A DNA stretch of 63,869 nt, counting the filler, from Aduncisulcus paluster (Eukaryota): assembly GCA_024181965.1 (NCBI GenBank). It is 4 parts of 4 records of this genome, joined end to end, with 100 filler letters (N's around TTAATTAATTAA, not from the genome) between each part and the next. Parts side by side here need not be neighbours in the genome. Positions count along the whole stretch, not along the records: positions 41,246 to 58,968 come from BQXS01009986.1; 3 more parts are not named here. One strand, 5' to 3'. The position numbers were made by a program, and so were the translations under genes. Below, in pieces: positions 44,830-58,307 of this stretch; positions within the stretch are counted from its first letter, which is position 1, and each line of letters begins with the position of its first letter. A model generated the notes under the pieces. The model worked only from the letters and a program-made list of their open reading frames with translations, did no database searches and was not told where the DNA came from.

Positions 44830-47800
44830 ATGCAATTGCATGAAGATTCTATCCCTTTGAGTTTAGCTGATCAAGATACTCATCATCTACCCGTTTCTGA
44901 TGAAGTCTCCAAACAGCAATTAAAAGAAAGAAAAGTAGATATAGATCATATATATTCTCGATTAAAGGAAATAGAAACCAAATCAAGCAATGGGTTTTCA
45001 ACTTCAAACCAGTTCTCTCCAGCTGTTTTTTCCACCCTTCAGCAATCGCCCAAACAACTTAAACAAATGAGGAAGGGAATTCATTTTTCATCAATCCCAA
45101 TTACTTCAACCATTTTATCAAATAGTTCCGTCTCTGCGAGCATTTCACATCCCCGATCTTCTCATTTTCGTTCACAGATCGATTTTGGTGGATCTGATGA
45201 TGATCCTACTCAACTCCATCAAATTAAATCTCAAACATCCTCAATAATTCCAATGACCAAATCCTCTATTGTCACAGAAAAGCATATTCTTTCCCAGAGT
45301 GAATCCAAGAACACTTCACCTTCTGTCGAGTCAAAACCCAAATATCAGGAAAAATCGACAGACTTTAGTAGTAATTCTTCACAATATTCAGATCATAGCA
45401 GCGATCATGATCAATTCTCATCCTCTAAGTTCTCTCAGCAAGTACCACATTCTCATCTCCCGAATCCTTCCTTAGAAACTCAAGAGATTGGCGATGTTGC
45501 ACTCGATTCCCATGTTGAGAGAGCTGTTGAGAGGATTCTTCAGAAATATGGACTTATTCATGGTAAATTAGGTGATATTCAATTCTCTACTTCTTCCTCC
45601 CACGTGTCACTTGCTGAATCTGAAGCCATCAAGAGAGAAAAAGAGGAGAAAGAGAAAAAAGAAAGAGAGAGGAAGAGAAAAGAAGAGGAGGAGGAGAGAG
45701 AGAGGAAGAAAAGAGAAGAAGAAGAAAAAAAGAAAGAGGGGGAAAAAAAGAGAAAAGAAGACGAAGAGAGGAGAGAAAGGGAAAGAAAAAGGAAAGAAGA
45801 GGAGGAAAGAGAGAGGAGAAGAAGAAGAAGAGAGGAAGAGGAGGAGGAGAGAAGCCGAAAAGAACGTGANNNNNNNNNNNNNNNNNNNNAAGAGATTGGC
45901 GATGTTGCACTCGATTCCCATGTTGAGAGAGCTGTTGAGAGGATTCTTCAGAAATATGGACTTATTCATGGTAAATTAGGTGATATTCAATTCTCTACTT
46001 CTTCCTCCCACGTGTCACTTGCTGAATCTGAAGCCATCAAGAGAGAAAAAGAGGAGAAAGAGAAAAAAGAAAGAGAGAGGAAGAGAAAAGAAGAGGAGGA
46101 GGAGAGAGAGAGGAAGAAAAGAGAAGATGAAGAAAAAAAGAAAGAGGGGGAAAAAAAGAGAAAAGAAGACGAAGAGAGGAGAGAAAGGGAAAGAAAAAGG
46201 AAAGAAGAGGAGGAAAGAGAGAGGAGAAGAAGAAGAAGAGAGGAAGAGGAGGAGGAGAGAAGCCGAAAAGAACGTGATATGAGAAGAAAGCAAGAAGAAG
46301 AAGAAGAGGAAAGAAAGAGGAAGAGAAGGAAAGAGGAAGAGGAGGAGGAGAGAAGAAAGAAAGAGGAAGATGCTGAGATAAAGAAAGAGAATGATTGGAT
46401 TGTTCAGCAACTTCGTGATACAATATTAGCTCTAACCAAAGAGAATGAATTCCATAAGCAAGAAGCTTTAGTTCTGAAAGATCGCATTGAGTTAATTTCT
46501 CATCAACATACTGAGAATATACAAATGATCAAGGAATCCTTTGAAGCCGAGAAGGAAAGTCTACTTGGAGAAATTGATGGGCTGAAGATATCCCTTGATG
46601 ATTCTATTAAAGATAGGGAGAAAGAGAAGAAAGAAATGGTAGAAGCTCTGACAATGTCAGAAACAAACCTTACGGAAGTCAAGAAGAGCGATTCATATGT
46701 CAGGGGGCAGTTTCAGAAGCTCAAGGATTTGTACGAACAGTTGGTGCATCGAAGCAAGATCCAGGACGAAGAAATGGTCCAAATCAAGAAAGAAAGGGCT
46801 GAGTACGAACAGATCTTGGGCGAAAGACAGGAACAATTGCGTCGGAAGGTCAAGGAAATTGATGATTTGAGGGATAGAAATATCCAGTTGATGAAAACAC
46901 ACGGGGTTGAACAAGAAATGAAGAAGAAAATGGCTTCACAAGAACAAGATCTCTCATTATTGCGGAAAACGCACAGAAGTGTCGTTGATGATGGGATGAA
47001 AAAGGGAAAAGAATTGATATCTGTTCGCTCTCAGCTTGAAAAGGAAAAGAAAGGGCTGACAAAGCTGAAAAGGAACTGAAAAAATTACAATCAATGTTGT
47101 TGAAACGATCTAAATTAATTTCCTCCCAAATTAATGCCGAACTTGTGGCTAAGAAAGCTCATTCACAGCCATCANNNNNNNNNNNNNNNNNNNNTGCGTC
47201 GGAAGGTCAAGGAAATTGATGATTTGAGGGATAGAAATATCCAGTTGATGAAAACACACGGGGTTGAACAAGAAATGAAGAAGAAAATGGCTTCACAAGA
47301 ACAAGATCTCTCATTATTGCGGAAAACGCACAGAAGTGTCGTTGATGATGGGATGAAAAAGGGAAAAGAATTGATATCTGTTCGCTCTCAGCTTGAAAAG
47401 GAAAAGAAAAGGGCTGACAAAGCTGAAAAGGAACTGAAAAAATTACAATCAATGTTGTTGAAACGATCTAAATTAATTTCCTCCCAAATTAATGCCGAAC
47501 TTGTGGCTAAGAAAGCTCATTCACAGCCATCAAGTGTTGCTTCCTCCCCTCTCAGTCGTGTTCAACGCCCAAATATCACAATATGGGAGAAAGAGAAAGA
47601 AAAGAAGGATCCAACGATTCGTGAGGACCGTAATCAAGACAGAGAAATTCCAACAAAAGATGAACAAAAGGAAAGCAAAGATAAGTATTCCTCCTCCTCT
47701 TCTTCTTCTTCTTCCTCGACTTCATATGTATTTGGACAACATTCTTACCTTCGAGATACCATAAAATTAGACAATAATGAATTCAAACCCATCTCCCATT

Positions 47801-48672
47801 CGATAAAATCTCCGACAACCTCATCATCTCAAGCTCCTTCCTCTTCTTCCTCCTCTTCCTCTTCCTCTTCCTCCTCTTCCACTCACATTGTTGATGAGCC
47901 TACCAGTTATGCAGAGAAATTTTCAAAAAAGAAAGATATGATCTGGCGAACTAAGTCTGAGAGACTTGGAAAGATTGGGAAATCTCCCCTCCCCAAAGAT
48001 AATTCCAATCCCCAATCCTCTACTATACTGTACTGTACTACTTCACAGGCTCAACCCAAGGATATTGTGGGATCTGTTTCTCCTGTATCTCCTCTTCTTG
48101 GTCACCCAGATCGAAGAAAAATGGCAGAAGAAAGGGTCAGACGTCGTGCGAATGAAGAGAAACCCTCAACAATGTCTTTGTCCAATCCGTATGTGAGCGA
48201 CGAGGCTTCTAAGCACAAAGACCAGGCTTCCTTTGATAGTTCTCAGCCTTCTCCTTCAAACCATTTCTCTTCAACGCGTCGCACAGCCTCTCCTTCTCTC
48301 TCTCCGAAGATTTCTAGTGTTCGTTCTGAGTTGCGAACTATGCTTAACGGGTTCAATAATGCAGTTGATCATAAATTGGATCATAAATTGGATCATAAAT
48401 CACCTACAAAGAGTCAAGAGAAAGGAATATCACGAAACGGAAAAGATTCTCCGATAAAACAGGTCTCAAAACAAGAGGATCAAAAGCGTGAGAAAGAAGA
48501 ATATGCTGCTGGTGATACGAAGGGTGTAGATTCTCCTGTTGGTGAATTGCATAAATACGTGCAAGGAATGTCTCCAATGGTGTCTGAAAGGAAAGATATA
48601 AAGAAAAAAGCACCTGACATTGAGATTAAAACGCCAGTATCATCTCTTCAAAGAATTCTTGATGAAATGTAA
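44830..48672 (+). CDS. Large coiled-coil / charged single-alpha-helix protein (one gene split by two assembly duplications)
   Basis: ORFs 44830-47079 and 47134-48672 share duplicated segments around two N gaps; E/R/K-rich tract. Confidence 0.7.
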
Positions 48673-49006
48673 TGTTTATAGTATAACAATATATCGATGG
48701 ATCAATCTTGGTAATTTCTTACTGAATATTTCTCTTTTGAATTGCTTCAGGGAGTAAATTTTGTACTTTTGCCTCGATTGATATATTATATATTCTTCAT
48801 TCACATTCTCTGATAAGAGATTTGACTGCCTTCCTTTCTCTGAGAGTTGGTCAGGTTTTCATTGAAGGCTTACCTTGTCTAAATGTTCATGGTATAGTAT
48901 AGTTGTAGAGTGCAGTATATCCCGAAATCAATCGCTTGAATAATTCATTGGAGCTCAATCATTTGATACCTTTTGTGGTCTCAACACAGTTATCTGACAA
49001 AATTTG

Positions 49007-49059
49007 CTATACTGTACTATACTGTACTATACTGTACTATACTGTACTGTACTATACTA
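49007..49059. repeat. Micro/minisatellite (CTATACTGTA)n
   Basis: About 5 copies of CTATACTGTA. Confidence 0.85.
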
Positions 49060-49298
49060 GACAAATTACAAAGAATACATCACATTTCTAAGTTTTATTC
49101 ATAGGTTTCGATTTTTCGGCAATGCGAATATATTATCAGTGATTCTATTTTTTAGTCTTGCCATATCCACATTATAAATAAATAAATTTCATATATTTTT
49201 ATTTTGTAGTATTTAATAAATTAATAAAAAATTGCTAAACATACAATCTTAACAGATAATAATGAAATGTGCTGCCAATAGAAATTGGACTTCGCAGC

Positions 49299-49536
49299 TG
49301 TGGTGTTAGTCACTAAATAAGCGAATAACACGGAGACGATTCGTCAACGTTAGATACAATTTATTGGTTTGCGGGAGATCAGATTGATTCTTGTGAAATC
49401 AATTACATGTCAAATTATGAGACATAGAATATAAAATAAATATATAAAATAAACATAATTCGAATAAATAATAATAAAAATGAATATTGTTCTAGAAATA
49501 TCGTGTTATAAAAAGTTTTGAGGTGGGGTCACCACA
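49299..49536 (-). repeat. 3' LTR
   Basis: Identical by eye to 58413-58650. Confidence 0.97.
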
Positions 49537-49553
49537 CCCCGATCTCACTTTTC
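49537..49553 (-). other. Putative polypurine tract (GAAAAGTGAGATCGGGG)
   Basis: Purine-rich run abutting the 3' LTR on the sense strand; 16 nt of it recur at 50903-50918. Confidence 0.7.
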
Positions 49554-51619
49554 GAGAGGTTATTTATAAGCTCGAAGCACCAAGACACCAATAAACGAAA
49601 ACAACACCGAGAAACTTGCAATCCCCCCATTACGATCTCTAGTACCCAATACAACTTCTAATACTACTTATAACCTGATCAAATTGCGTGTATTTGGTCT
49701 CCTTTAAACATTTCAGATGTCTACATACGGCAATCACCAATAATACCATTCCATTTTGCCGCGAAGACGCACAGAAGACAAGTAAAACCCTGTACATGGG
49801 ACAAAGACTCATCCTCCCTGGACACACCAGGTCCACCGCCAGCACGTGGGGAGAAAACGTGAACACCAATCACGTAAACCCCGTGAATTCACCATTATTG
49901 TCAGGGAAAGAAAAACAAAACCCTGTTATTCATCCAAAAACACCATGAGTGCAAAAACCTCATCACCAAGGACTAAAAACACCCAAAACTACACCAGCAT
50001 GAATGTAAAACCTCACACCAGAGGGAAACCATTCATCTCAGATCAGCTCCAGAGCTGATCACCATCCAAGGTCATCACCAAGACCTGCGTATGCCACCAA
50101 AAGGTCGAAATAAAACCTCACCATAGGATAAACTTTCATACCTTCACCAACACCAACCATCGAAGCAAAACCTTCACACCACGAAGGACTAAATCTCCAA
50201 CAGCACCGAACTTTCACCATCAGGAACCGGTAATACCACCAATTTTCACCGTCCTGGGCCGTCACCATCGGCTCACCACAGTTCAGTCTTAGTTACAACT
50301 CCCGGTTGTGAATATGATGGTACAGCTGGCGACAGCAGCCGTATCACCGTCCACAGACCATCGGTTCCAACCGTCACCATGCGTAACAACACCGATTCTG
50401 AGTATAATATACCACACCAAGTTGCGATCTCCAGGGAAAAGAGAATAAAACCCTGTCACCAAACACCAAACTCCAAAACCCTAGGCCTCAGCACCTTTCA
50501 GGACAAAAGAAGTTATCACCACCAAGCTCCAAAGTGTTTTATCAATATATTTCCAATGCATACGCCACCGAACACCAACACCATTGTCACTTTTAACACC
50601 AATAACACTTGAGCACCAACACCATGTATTTCCACCATATGTGGTACATATTACCACCCACCATGGAGATTGTTTCACCAAATCTCCAGCAACTGTGTTC
50701 ATCACCAATTATGAACACTTTAATTCTTCCAATGCAATACCGATATTGCATCATCACCAGTTCTCCACCAATAAGATCGTCTTTTACCATACGACACACA
50801 CCAGTTCGAACATTGAATCATGTGTTCCAGCACCACTCTGCTGACTATCTTTATCGATTCAATAATTTTGAAAACGCGATGATCATCTATACCATATACT
50901 ATCCCCGATCTCACTTTTGTTGAAGTTTTCCACGACAAACTTTAACACCAATCATACCACCCACCAAGAAGATCTGAGCATTAGTAACACCAATTTTGAA
51001 TCAATAAATATCACCAATACACACACGTTCACCTGATGTTGTATTCCAGCCTTTAACTCTCATCTGTGTCGACGTATCCTTGGAGTACCACCAACACCAT
51101 ATGCTTTCTATCCATAATAAACATCACCATGTCTGCTTGCGGACAATTACGGTCCACTCCAGTCGAATTCCACGACCTGATCGTCACCAAGACGCAAAAC
51201 GGAACTCAGTCGAGAGTTTCACCACGCGTATCACACATTCGTATGTATCAATAGAGTACTCACACATCGCTGCAGTCTCTGTCCACGATAAATCAGATTT
51301 CAAGTTTCACACTCCAATACACCACCAGAATCTTCACCAGTATCGAATATCCAACCCACCAATAGTTATATAACCACCAGTAAAACCAACACCAATCAAC
51401 ATGTAAGCCCATCCAACGACTTATATGCCACTATTAATTAAGCAAAATATCCGATTATCAGCATTGTCCATATGCTAATACACACCAATAAACACCATAG
51501 TAAACGATTTTAACCACCAAGACCACCAATAATGAAACAACACATATATACGTTTACTCTTAACGAGTAATGATCACCAAAGATATGTTCTTGTGTCGAA
51601 TTTAATAAACACCAAAAGA

Positions 51620-54600
51620 TTATTCCGTATAATCTTCATCACTCGTCTCTTCACTGGATTCAGAATCTTCTATCTGCCAGTCTTTCCTTTTTCTTTTACC
51701 TTTACCATTCTTGTTACGACTTTTCGTGAGGAAAATCTCTTTCAGTTTCTTATCTCGTTTGCAGTATTCCACAAACTGAGTCGACCCTTCGAGATTTGAC
51801 CACGGTTCCACTGTTGTTTCATCATAACCCAACCATTTCACAGTAAACCTGTATTTGTCCTTTTCACCAGACTTTCCACGAGGATTACGTGTATGGCTCA
51901 CCACTTCTTCCAATACATACTCTTCCTTATCAAGAGTAGCAGCCTCAATCATGTCATCCCATGTCGCGTGAGAATCATCAAAAGGCACCACCGCCTCAGA
52001 AGCCAACTTCCGAGTTTTACCATCCACTATACTCTTCAATGTCACCGTTTCAGTTTCCAAGTTGTGTTTTACCACCAACCATGGACCCAACAAACGAGAA
52101 GAAAACTTATGATCGATCTTCGTTCTCGGTTTCACCAATACGAAACATCCAGGAGTATACACCAATCGTGTTTTAGCAACACCACCTTCGTCCACCACAC
52201 GTTCAATTTGTACACCAGACAATAAACGTCTTTCAACCTTTTTGTTGAACTCATCAACACCAGGAGCCATCTTCTTATCTCTACGAAGAGTTGCTTCTTC
52301 GTTTGCTTTACGCATTACCACATGCACCCTTGAAACATGCTTCTTGAGCATTTTCACGTATTCAGCCATCAGATCTTTATCGTCGATGTCATCCACGTTG
52401 ACATCTGATTTCCCATCTTTAGACTTCCACTGAAGCAAACTCCCACGAGTTGGCTTGTACCAATGACCAAATAAAGCTTGATAAGGAGAAACACCAGTCA
52501 TCCTGTTCACCGTTGTGTTGATAACATATTGAGCCATGGGAATTGCACGTTCCCAGTCTTCTTTGAATCCAAGCATCGAAATTGCAATACGAATATGTCT
52601 AATCACCTCTTGATTAGCTCTTTCCACCATACCATTCGCCGTTGGGCGTGCAGCCAACACCTTGTGTTGTGATATGCCCAACCGTGTATACAATTCACGC
52701 ACGATGCCGTTCACATATTCACCACCACGGTCGCTTTGAATCACTCTCGGCAATCCAAATCGTCCAAAAACACCGTCGATGAGGGCCTGAGCTGTCACCT
52801 CTGCAGACTTGTTCTCCGTAGCCACTATTTCCGTCCACCGAGTAAACATGTCCACCATGACTACCAAATATCTGTTTCCAGAGTTGCTCACCGTGATAGG
52901 ACCCACTGTGTCCACAGCAACAGTATCAAATGGATGATCCACCGCCGTACTCTTCATCATCCGTCTCACCAAGAGTCTAGCCCTCAACCGCTGACACACC
53001 AAGCACTTGTCAACATGTTCTTTCGCATGTATATTAGCATTGCAGATATAAACACCATTATCTTTAATACTTTTCACCATTTTCGATATGCCCACATGTC
53101 CAGCCAAAGGGTCATCATGCACAGCATTCATGATTTCCGTCACCAATTTCTTGTCGACTTCCGGCACCAAAATCTTTCCATCGACCTCGAAAATAAAGTC
53201 ATCAGGCTTGTCAGTCCATACTGAGCTCGCCAAATGTTCTCTTTGACTCTTTCTGATCTTTTCTATCCACTTTTCCTTCGAGTCATGAGCACCAGGTTCC
53301 ACCAAAGATTCACCAGCCTTCAGGAACATCACCACTTTCGGTTCTAAGTCTTCACCAGGTTTTGGATGCACCAATGAGTCACGTACTATGATCTCAGGAT
53401 ATTCACCACGGAGTGGAGTGGCCCTAGCCTTCACATGGCTTGGTCTCCAATCCATAATCTCAGCATCCGCTTCGTCATTTGACATCACCTTACATTTCTC
53501 ACCACGTTGAAGTTTCTTTTCTCGATGTCCAATTCGAGATAGCGTATCCGCTACAATATTCTTCTTCCCAGCGATATACTCCAGTTTAAAATCAAAATCA
53601 CTTAAGTATGTCCGCCAACGTTCCACCTTTGCGCTCTTTGTGTTCTGTATCCACTTCAGATTCTTATGATCCGTATGGATCCAGAATTTCCGACCACGCA
53701 GATGAAATTCACACTTACAGATACAAAAGAACACCGCCAGAGCTTCACGTTCTGTCGTTGTTTGTGTCTGTTCTTGAGCAGATAACGTTCGACTAAGAAA
53801 CTCAATCACACCAGGATTCTCACGTTTCTTATCACCAGGGTCGAACTGCATCAACACACCACCAATTCCACATAAACTAGCATCAGTAAATAAATGTAGT
53901 TCAGCACCAGGACGAGGAAATTCCAAACATAAGCCTTTTTCCAAGTCATTCACCACCGTATCAATAGCAGTCTGCACTTCGTCTGACCACTTAAACACCG
54001 CATTTTTACCCACCATAGAAGTTAAAGGCTTCACCTTATCAGAATACTTATGAATAAACTTTTTCAAATAGTTAGCTGTACCAAGAAAACTTCTGACATC
54101 ACTGACATTCTTTAACTTCTTAAATTTCTTTAAAGCAGCCAATTTCTTGGGACTACGTCTTATTCCATCACCACTAATCATAAATCCCAGGAATTCTACT
54201 TCCTTAGCACCAATAACAGTCTTTTCCAAATTCACCTTTAGATTGAACATGTCCAACCTCAATAACACCGCGAAAAGACTCACCAAAAGACCAGGCATTG
54301 TATCAGAAAACACTATTATGTCATCCAAGTAAACACAACACACCATACCAATCAAACCAGTCAATACACGGTTCATACATTCTTGAAAGAACGGAGGAGC
54401 ATTCTTTAAACCAAAGGGGAGTCTATTAAACTCATATTGTCCAAATTGAGTCACGAAACTAGTGAATTTCTTACTGCTCTCCTCGACTTCAAGCTGCCAA
54501 TAACCGCTCGTGAGATCTAACACCGCATAATACTTTGTTCCACCAAGAAGTTGGAATAAATCATCGATAACAGGAAGTACCTGTCCCATACCTTTCGTCA

Positions 54601-57600
54601 CTTTGTTGAGAGGTCTATAATCGACACACAAACGAAGTTTTCCATTCTTCTTTGGCACGATCACCGTAGCACAATGGTATTCCGTCGTGCTTGGCCTGAT
54701 CACCTTTTTATCCACCATTTCCACCAATTGATTGTATATTTCTTTGGCCCAATCTCGCCGAATTCGCCTGTACGGTTCACTGATTACCACGTCAGGATCC
54801 GTCAGTTCGATCTTAAACTTACCCACGTTCGCTGGCACCACATCCAGCCCATCAAATAAATTAGAAACCACCATAAGCATCGCAATAATCACCGAAAAAT
54901 AACCAGATACATCATTTACTCCACCACTATCCTTAGCAATAGAGTTTTTATATTTTTCTACATCACCAGGGGTTATTTCATCCAATGTATCAATTACAGT
55001 CTTCAAGCCATCCACCAGTTCGTCACCCATGGTATTTACAATGGCGTCAATACGAGGATCACGTGTGACTTGATCAGCTGTAACTATTTCACCACTCTTA
55101 TCACCAACACCAGGTTTTAAATCGCCAGAAATAAAACTTTCACAACCTGTTCTGTCGGCTAATTGCTTTAATACCAACTCGATTTCCTTTCTTTGGTCTA
55201 CAGGACTTCGATAACCACGAACATCCGTTACACCAACACTCAGACGCATAGCTTCCATTCCATCACGTCCTACAATCATTGGAACATCTTTCTGCAACCA
55301 TGGAGAAAGCCAAAATGTAATAAAACCACGAGTCGTTGTTGTTTGATTCCTCTTTCTTCCATCACCACGACAAACAGCAATTTTCAACACCACGTAATGC
55401 GTACATATTATTTTACCACCACCAAAGACAGTAAACACCAAAGGTTTATCAGCCTTGCGTATCATGTCACCAAAAAGCTTCTTTTGTTTCCAAACAGGCA
55501 GTTCACCAGTTTTCATACCCACAGAGTATCCACAGTGATCCAACCATGAAGTACTAATCAAAGAAATGTCAGCACCAGTGTCAAAAAGACATTTCACGCT
55601 CCGAGTTCCTGTCTTGAAACAATAAACTGTCACAGTCACCACTCCAGCTTTAGGATCGTCACCAGTATCCATCGTCATGCATTTACAGTCTTTTCTAGCT
55701 GTAAGAGCCATTACATGAGCATTCACCGTGTCCAAATTGAAGTCTCGAACACTGTTAGCCTTCAAGGGAGCCACAGGTTTATAATCCACCGGTCCAGTAC
55801 AGCCAGGTTTCCAATTAGACTCCATGAGGGGTTTAGAAGCATTAAAAGGAGTTTTTCCAGCCAAGATTTCCACAGGAATCTGCTCTAACACCGTACCACC
55901 AGCTCCTTTTTCCAATCTCAACGCTTCCAATTGTTCACCAACACCAGGGACGTTACTGAGATCCTCTATCTCTTTTCTGACTTTTTTATCAATTGTNNNN
56001 NNNNNNNNNNNNNNNNAAGGGAGCCACAGGTTTATAATCCACCGGTCCAGTACAGCCAGGTTTCCAATTAGACTCCATGAGGGGTTTAGAAGCATTAAAA
56101 GGAGTTTTTCCAGCCAAGATTTCCACAGGAATCTGCTCTAACACCGTACCACCAGCTCCTTTTTCCAATCTCAACGCTTCCAATTGTTCACCAACACCAG
56201 GGACGTTACTGAGATCCTCTATCTCTTTTCTGACTTTTTTATCAATTGTTAAGTCATCTACGTCATCCACCCAAGGTCCACCACCTTCTCTTGGATCTTG
56301 GTATTGCGTCACGTCACGTTCCAACGGACACAATCTTTTTGGGATTGTTACACCATCAATAGCTTCCGAATAAAGCACCCTATGACGCCTTTTATCACCA
56401 CCAGCGTCATTTCTTTTTTTATCAACAGCGGTTGTGTCACCAACAACGGCTTTATCTTTCACCATCACCATTACACCGCGTTCACGTTCAGGTTCATCAG
56501 CAGTTTTCTCAGCATTCACCTTTTCATGTAAATACATATTAAAAGCACGTCTATATGCTTCTATCCACCAGTCTTTAGTACCTCTGAGAATCAGCTCACC
56601 ATCAAAGTATTTCAACACCAATTCACCACGATCGCACGCTTCTATGATCATTTCCTTATATCTAGCGATACGTTTACTCCTCTTCTCCACTTCTGCCTTA
56701 ATCTTCCGCTGTTCTTCGATGGGGAGGGGAGTTCCGGTACACACACGTGAGAAGTGACCAAATTCACCGCATTTGAAACACTGAACATGACTATACGGTT
56801 GCCAGTTGGAGGAAGCATAGTCACCAGAGCCTCTTCCACCGTCACGAACACCACCATGATCACGTCTACCGCGATCTCGATATCCACCACCGCGATATCC
56901 TCTATAACCACCACCACCAGATTGTCTTCGACCACCATCGTGTCTCGAACTACGTTCTTGATGTGCTTTAACGGCACTGTCGACAAAGGACTTCTTTTTC
57001 GACCATTCCTCTTCAGGTTTGCACATCTCCCTGAATTTAATAAACGTAGCCACCAATCCAGAATAATCAGAGCTTATCAAAGCCTGTTTATACACCGTCC
57101 AACGCTCATCATCAATAATGCGTCGTTTTCCATCACCGTCACCACAGGATTTGCATTTCCATGCAAAGTGATCGCTTGACCCACAATAAGGACACATTGG
57201 TCTTAAAGAATCACTTGAAGAGCACATTGAACTGCTTGAACTTCCACGTTTGTGTTCAAAAGCACCAAAAGTTCGTTCCATAGTAAAACCTCGATCCAGT
57301 TCACTTACAGCATCACTAGACCTCCGTTTTAAATCACCAATAGATGCTCTTCCTACTTGAGCTTCACCAAGAGCTCGATTCTTGTCTGCTTCGCTCACCA
57401 AACGAAGAGTGTAACGAATGATACCATTCATATCGTCCACTTCATACACCAAACCACCACTGCTTCCGCTGCTTACTTGACCACCAAATAAACGGAAATC
57501 TCTTACGTCTGTTTTGATTTTGCTTCCCAATTCCGTCGGACGAAGGCCTTCCACGAAAATATCCACTGCACGTTTCATTTGGATCATTGTCCATGATTCC

Positions 57601-58307
57601 GAGCCACTGCGTTTCATCAAAGCCTTCCACGCCACCACATAGTCGCTAACAGAGTTAACATCAGCTTCCTCGCGACCCTCCACCACGGAACACTCACACA
57701 CCAAGCTTGCTGAGTTTCTGACAAAGACTTCGAATAAATTAGTCGACATATAATACTTTAGAATTGCATTTAATGTCTCCAGAACGTATTCATGATCACC
57801 ACAAGACACGTCGAACTCAATACCAGATAGCGAGCTTATCACCGACAAAACACCATCATCCATGAGCGTACCCATGGAAGGAAGCACCACCACACTATCA
57901 GACTTCACCATATCCAATACCTTGTGACAAAAGTCAATAACTTCATCACAGTGAGCACGAGCCAACTGATATATGAAATTACCACGAGGAGGTTGTCCAA
58001 CCTTTTCTTTTATCACCGGAAGCACCTTTTTTCTGACACCAGACTCAGTAAATAGTGCTGTAGAGCCCAAATCACCACGGCTCAGCGTGTTGTTGCGAAC
58101 ACCATCGGAAAAAGTTGATCCCGTCACCTCACTGCCCAATTCGTGACTTTTTGTTTCGCTATGTTCTTGTTCCACCAACAAGTCATCACTAGGAACGTCA
58201 GCAATTACACCAGATTTCTTTGTTCCGAGTTTTAATTTTCCCTTAGTAGTTTCACTAATAGAAACGTCCGTAAGTTTCGTTGTTTTTGGTTTGGAACTTT
58301 TTCCCAT
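51620..58307 (-). CDS. Single Gag-Pol polyprotein (~2144 aa): 2 CCHC knuckles, aspartic protease, RT, RNase H, integrase, chromodomain
   Basis: CPYCGSSDHFAWKC, CFKCGEFGHFSRVC, LFDTGA, RLCVDYR, LPFGLKNAP, YLDD, TDAS, HDDPLAGH..CLVCQ, SDRG, GMVER, KWLGYDETTVEPWSNL. Removing the 253-nt gap duplication gives 6435 nt in one frame. Confidence 0.93.

Noticed and set aside
45607-46423. Phe/Leu/Ser-rich 'membrane' ORFs on the minus strand
   Set aside because: Antisense of the purine-rich E/K/R tract.
47040-47079. Apparent frameshift and early stop in the coiled-coil gene
   Set aside because: One A is missing only in the contig-end copy; the duplicate at ~47400 is in frame.
49900-50500. CRISPR-like array in the repeated hairpin region
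   Set aside because: No constant-length identical repeats with regular spacers, and no cas genes.
49639-51373. Short ORFs in the retrotransposon 3' region as an env-like or accessory gene
   Set aside because: All are about 100 aa or less, on both strands, with composition dictated by the CACCA motif; no signal, TM or fusion-protein pattern.
55764-56249. Apparent gag/pol frameshift
   Set aside because: Caused by the 253-nt gap duplication; the merged sequence is one frame.
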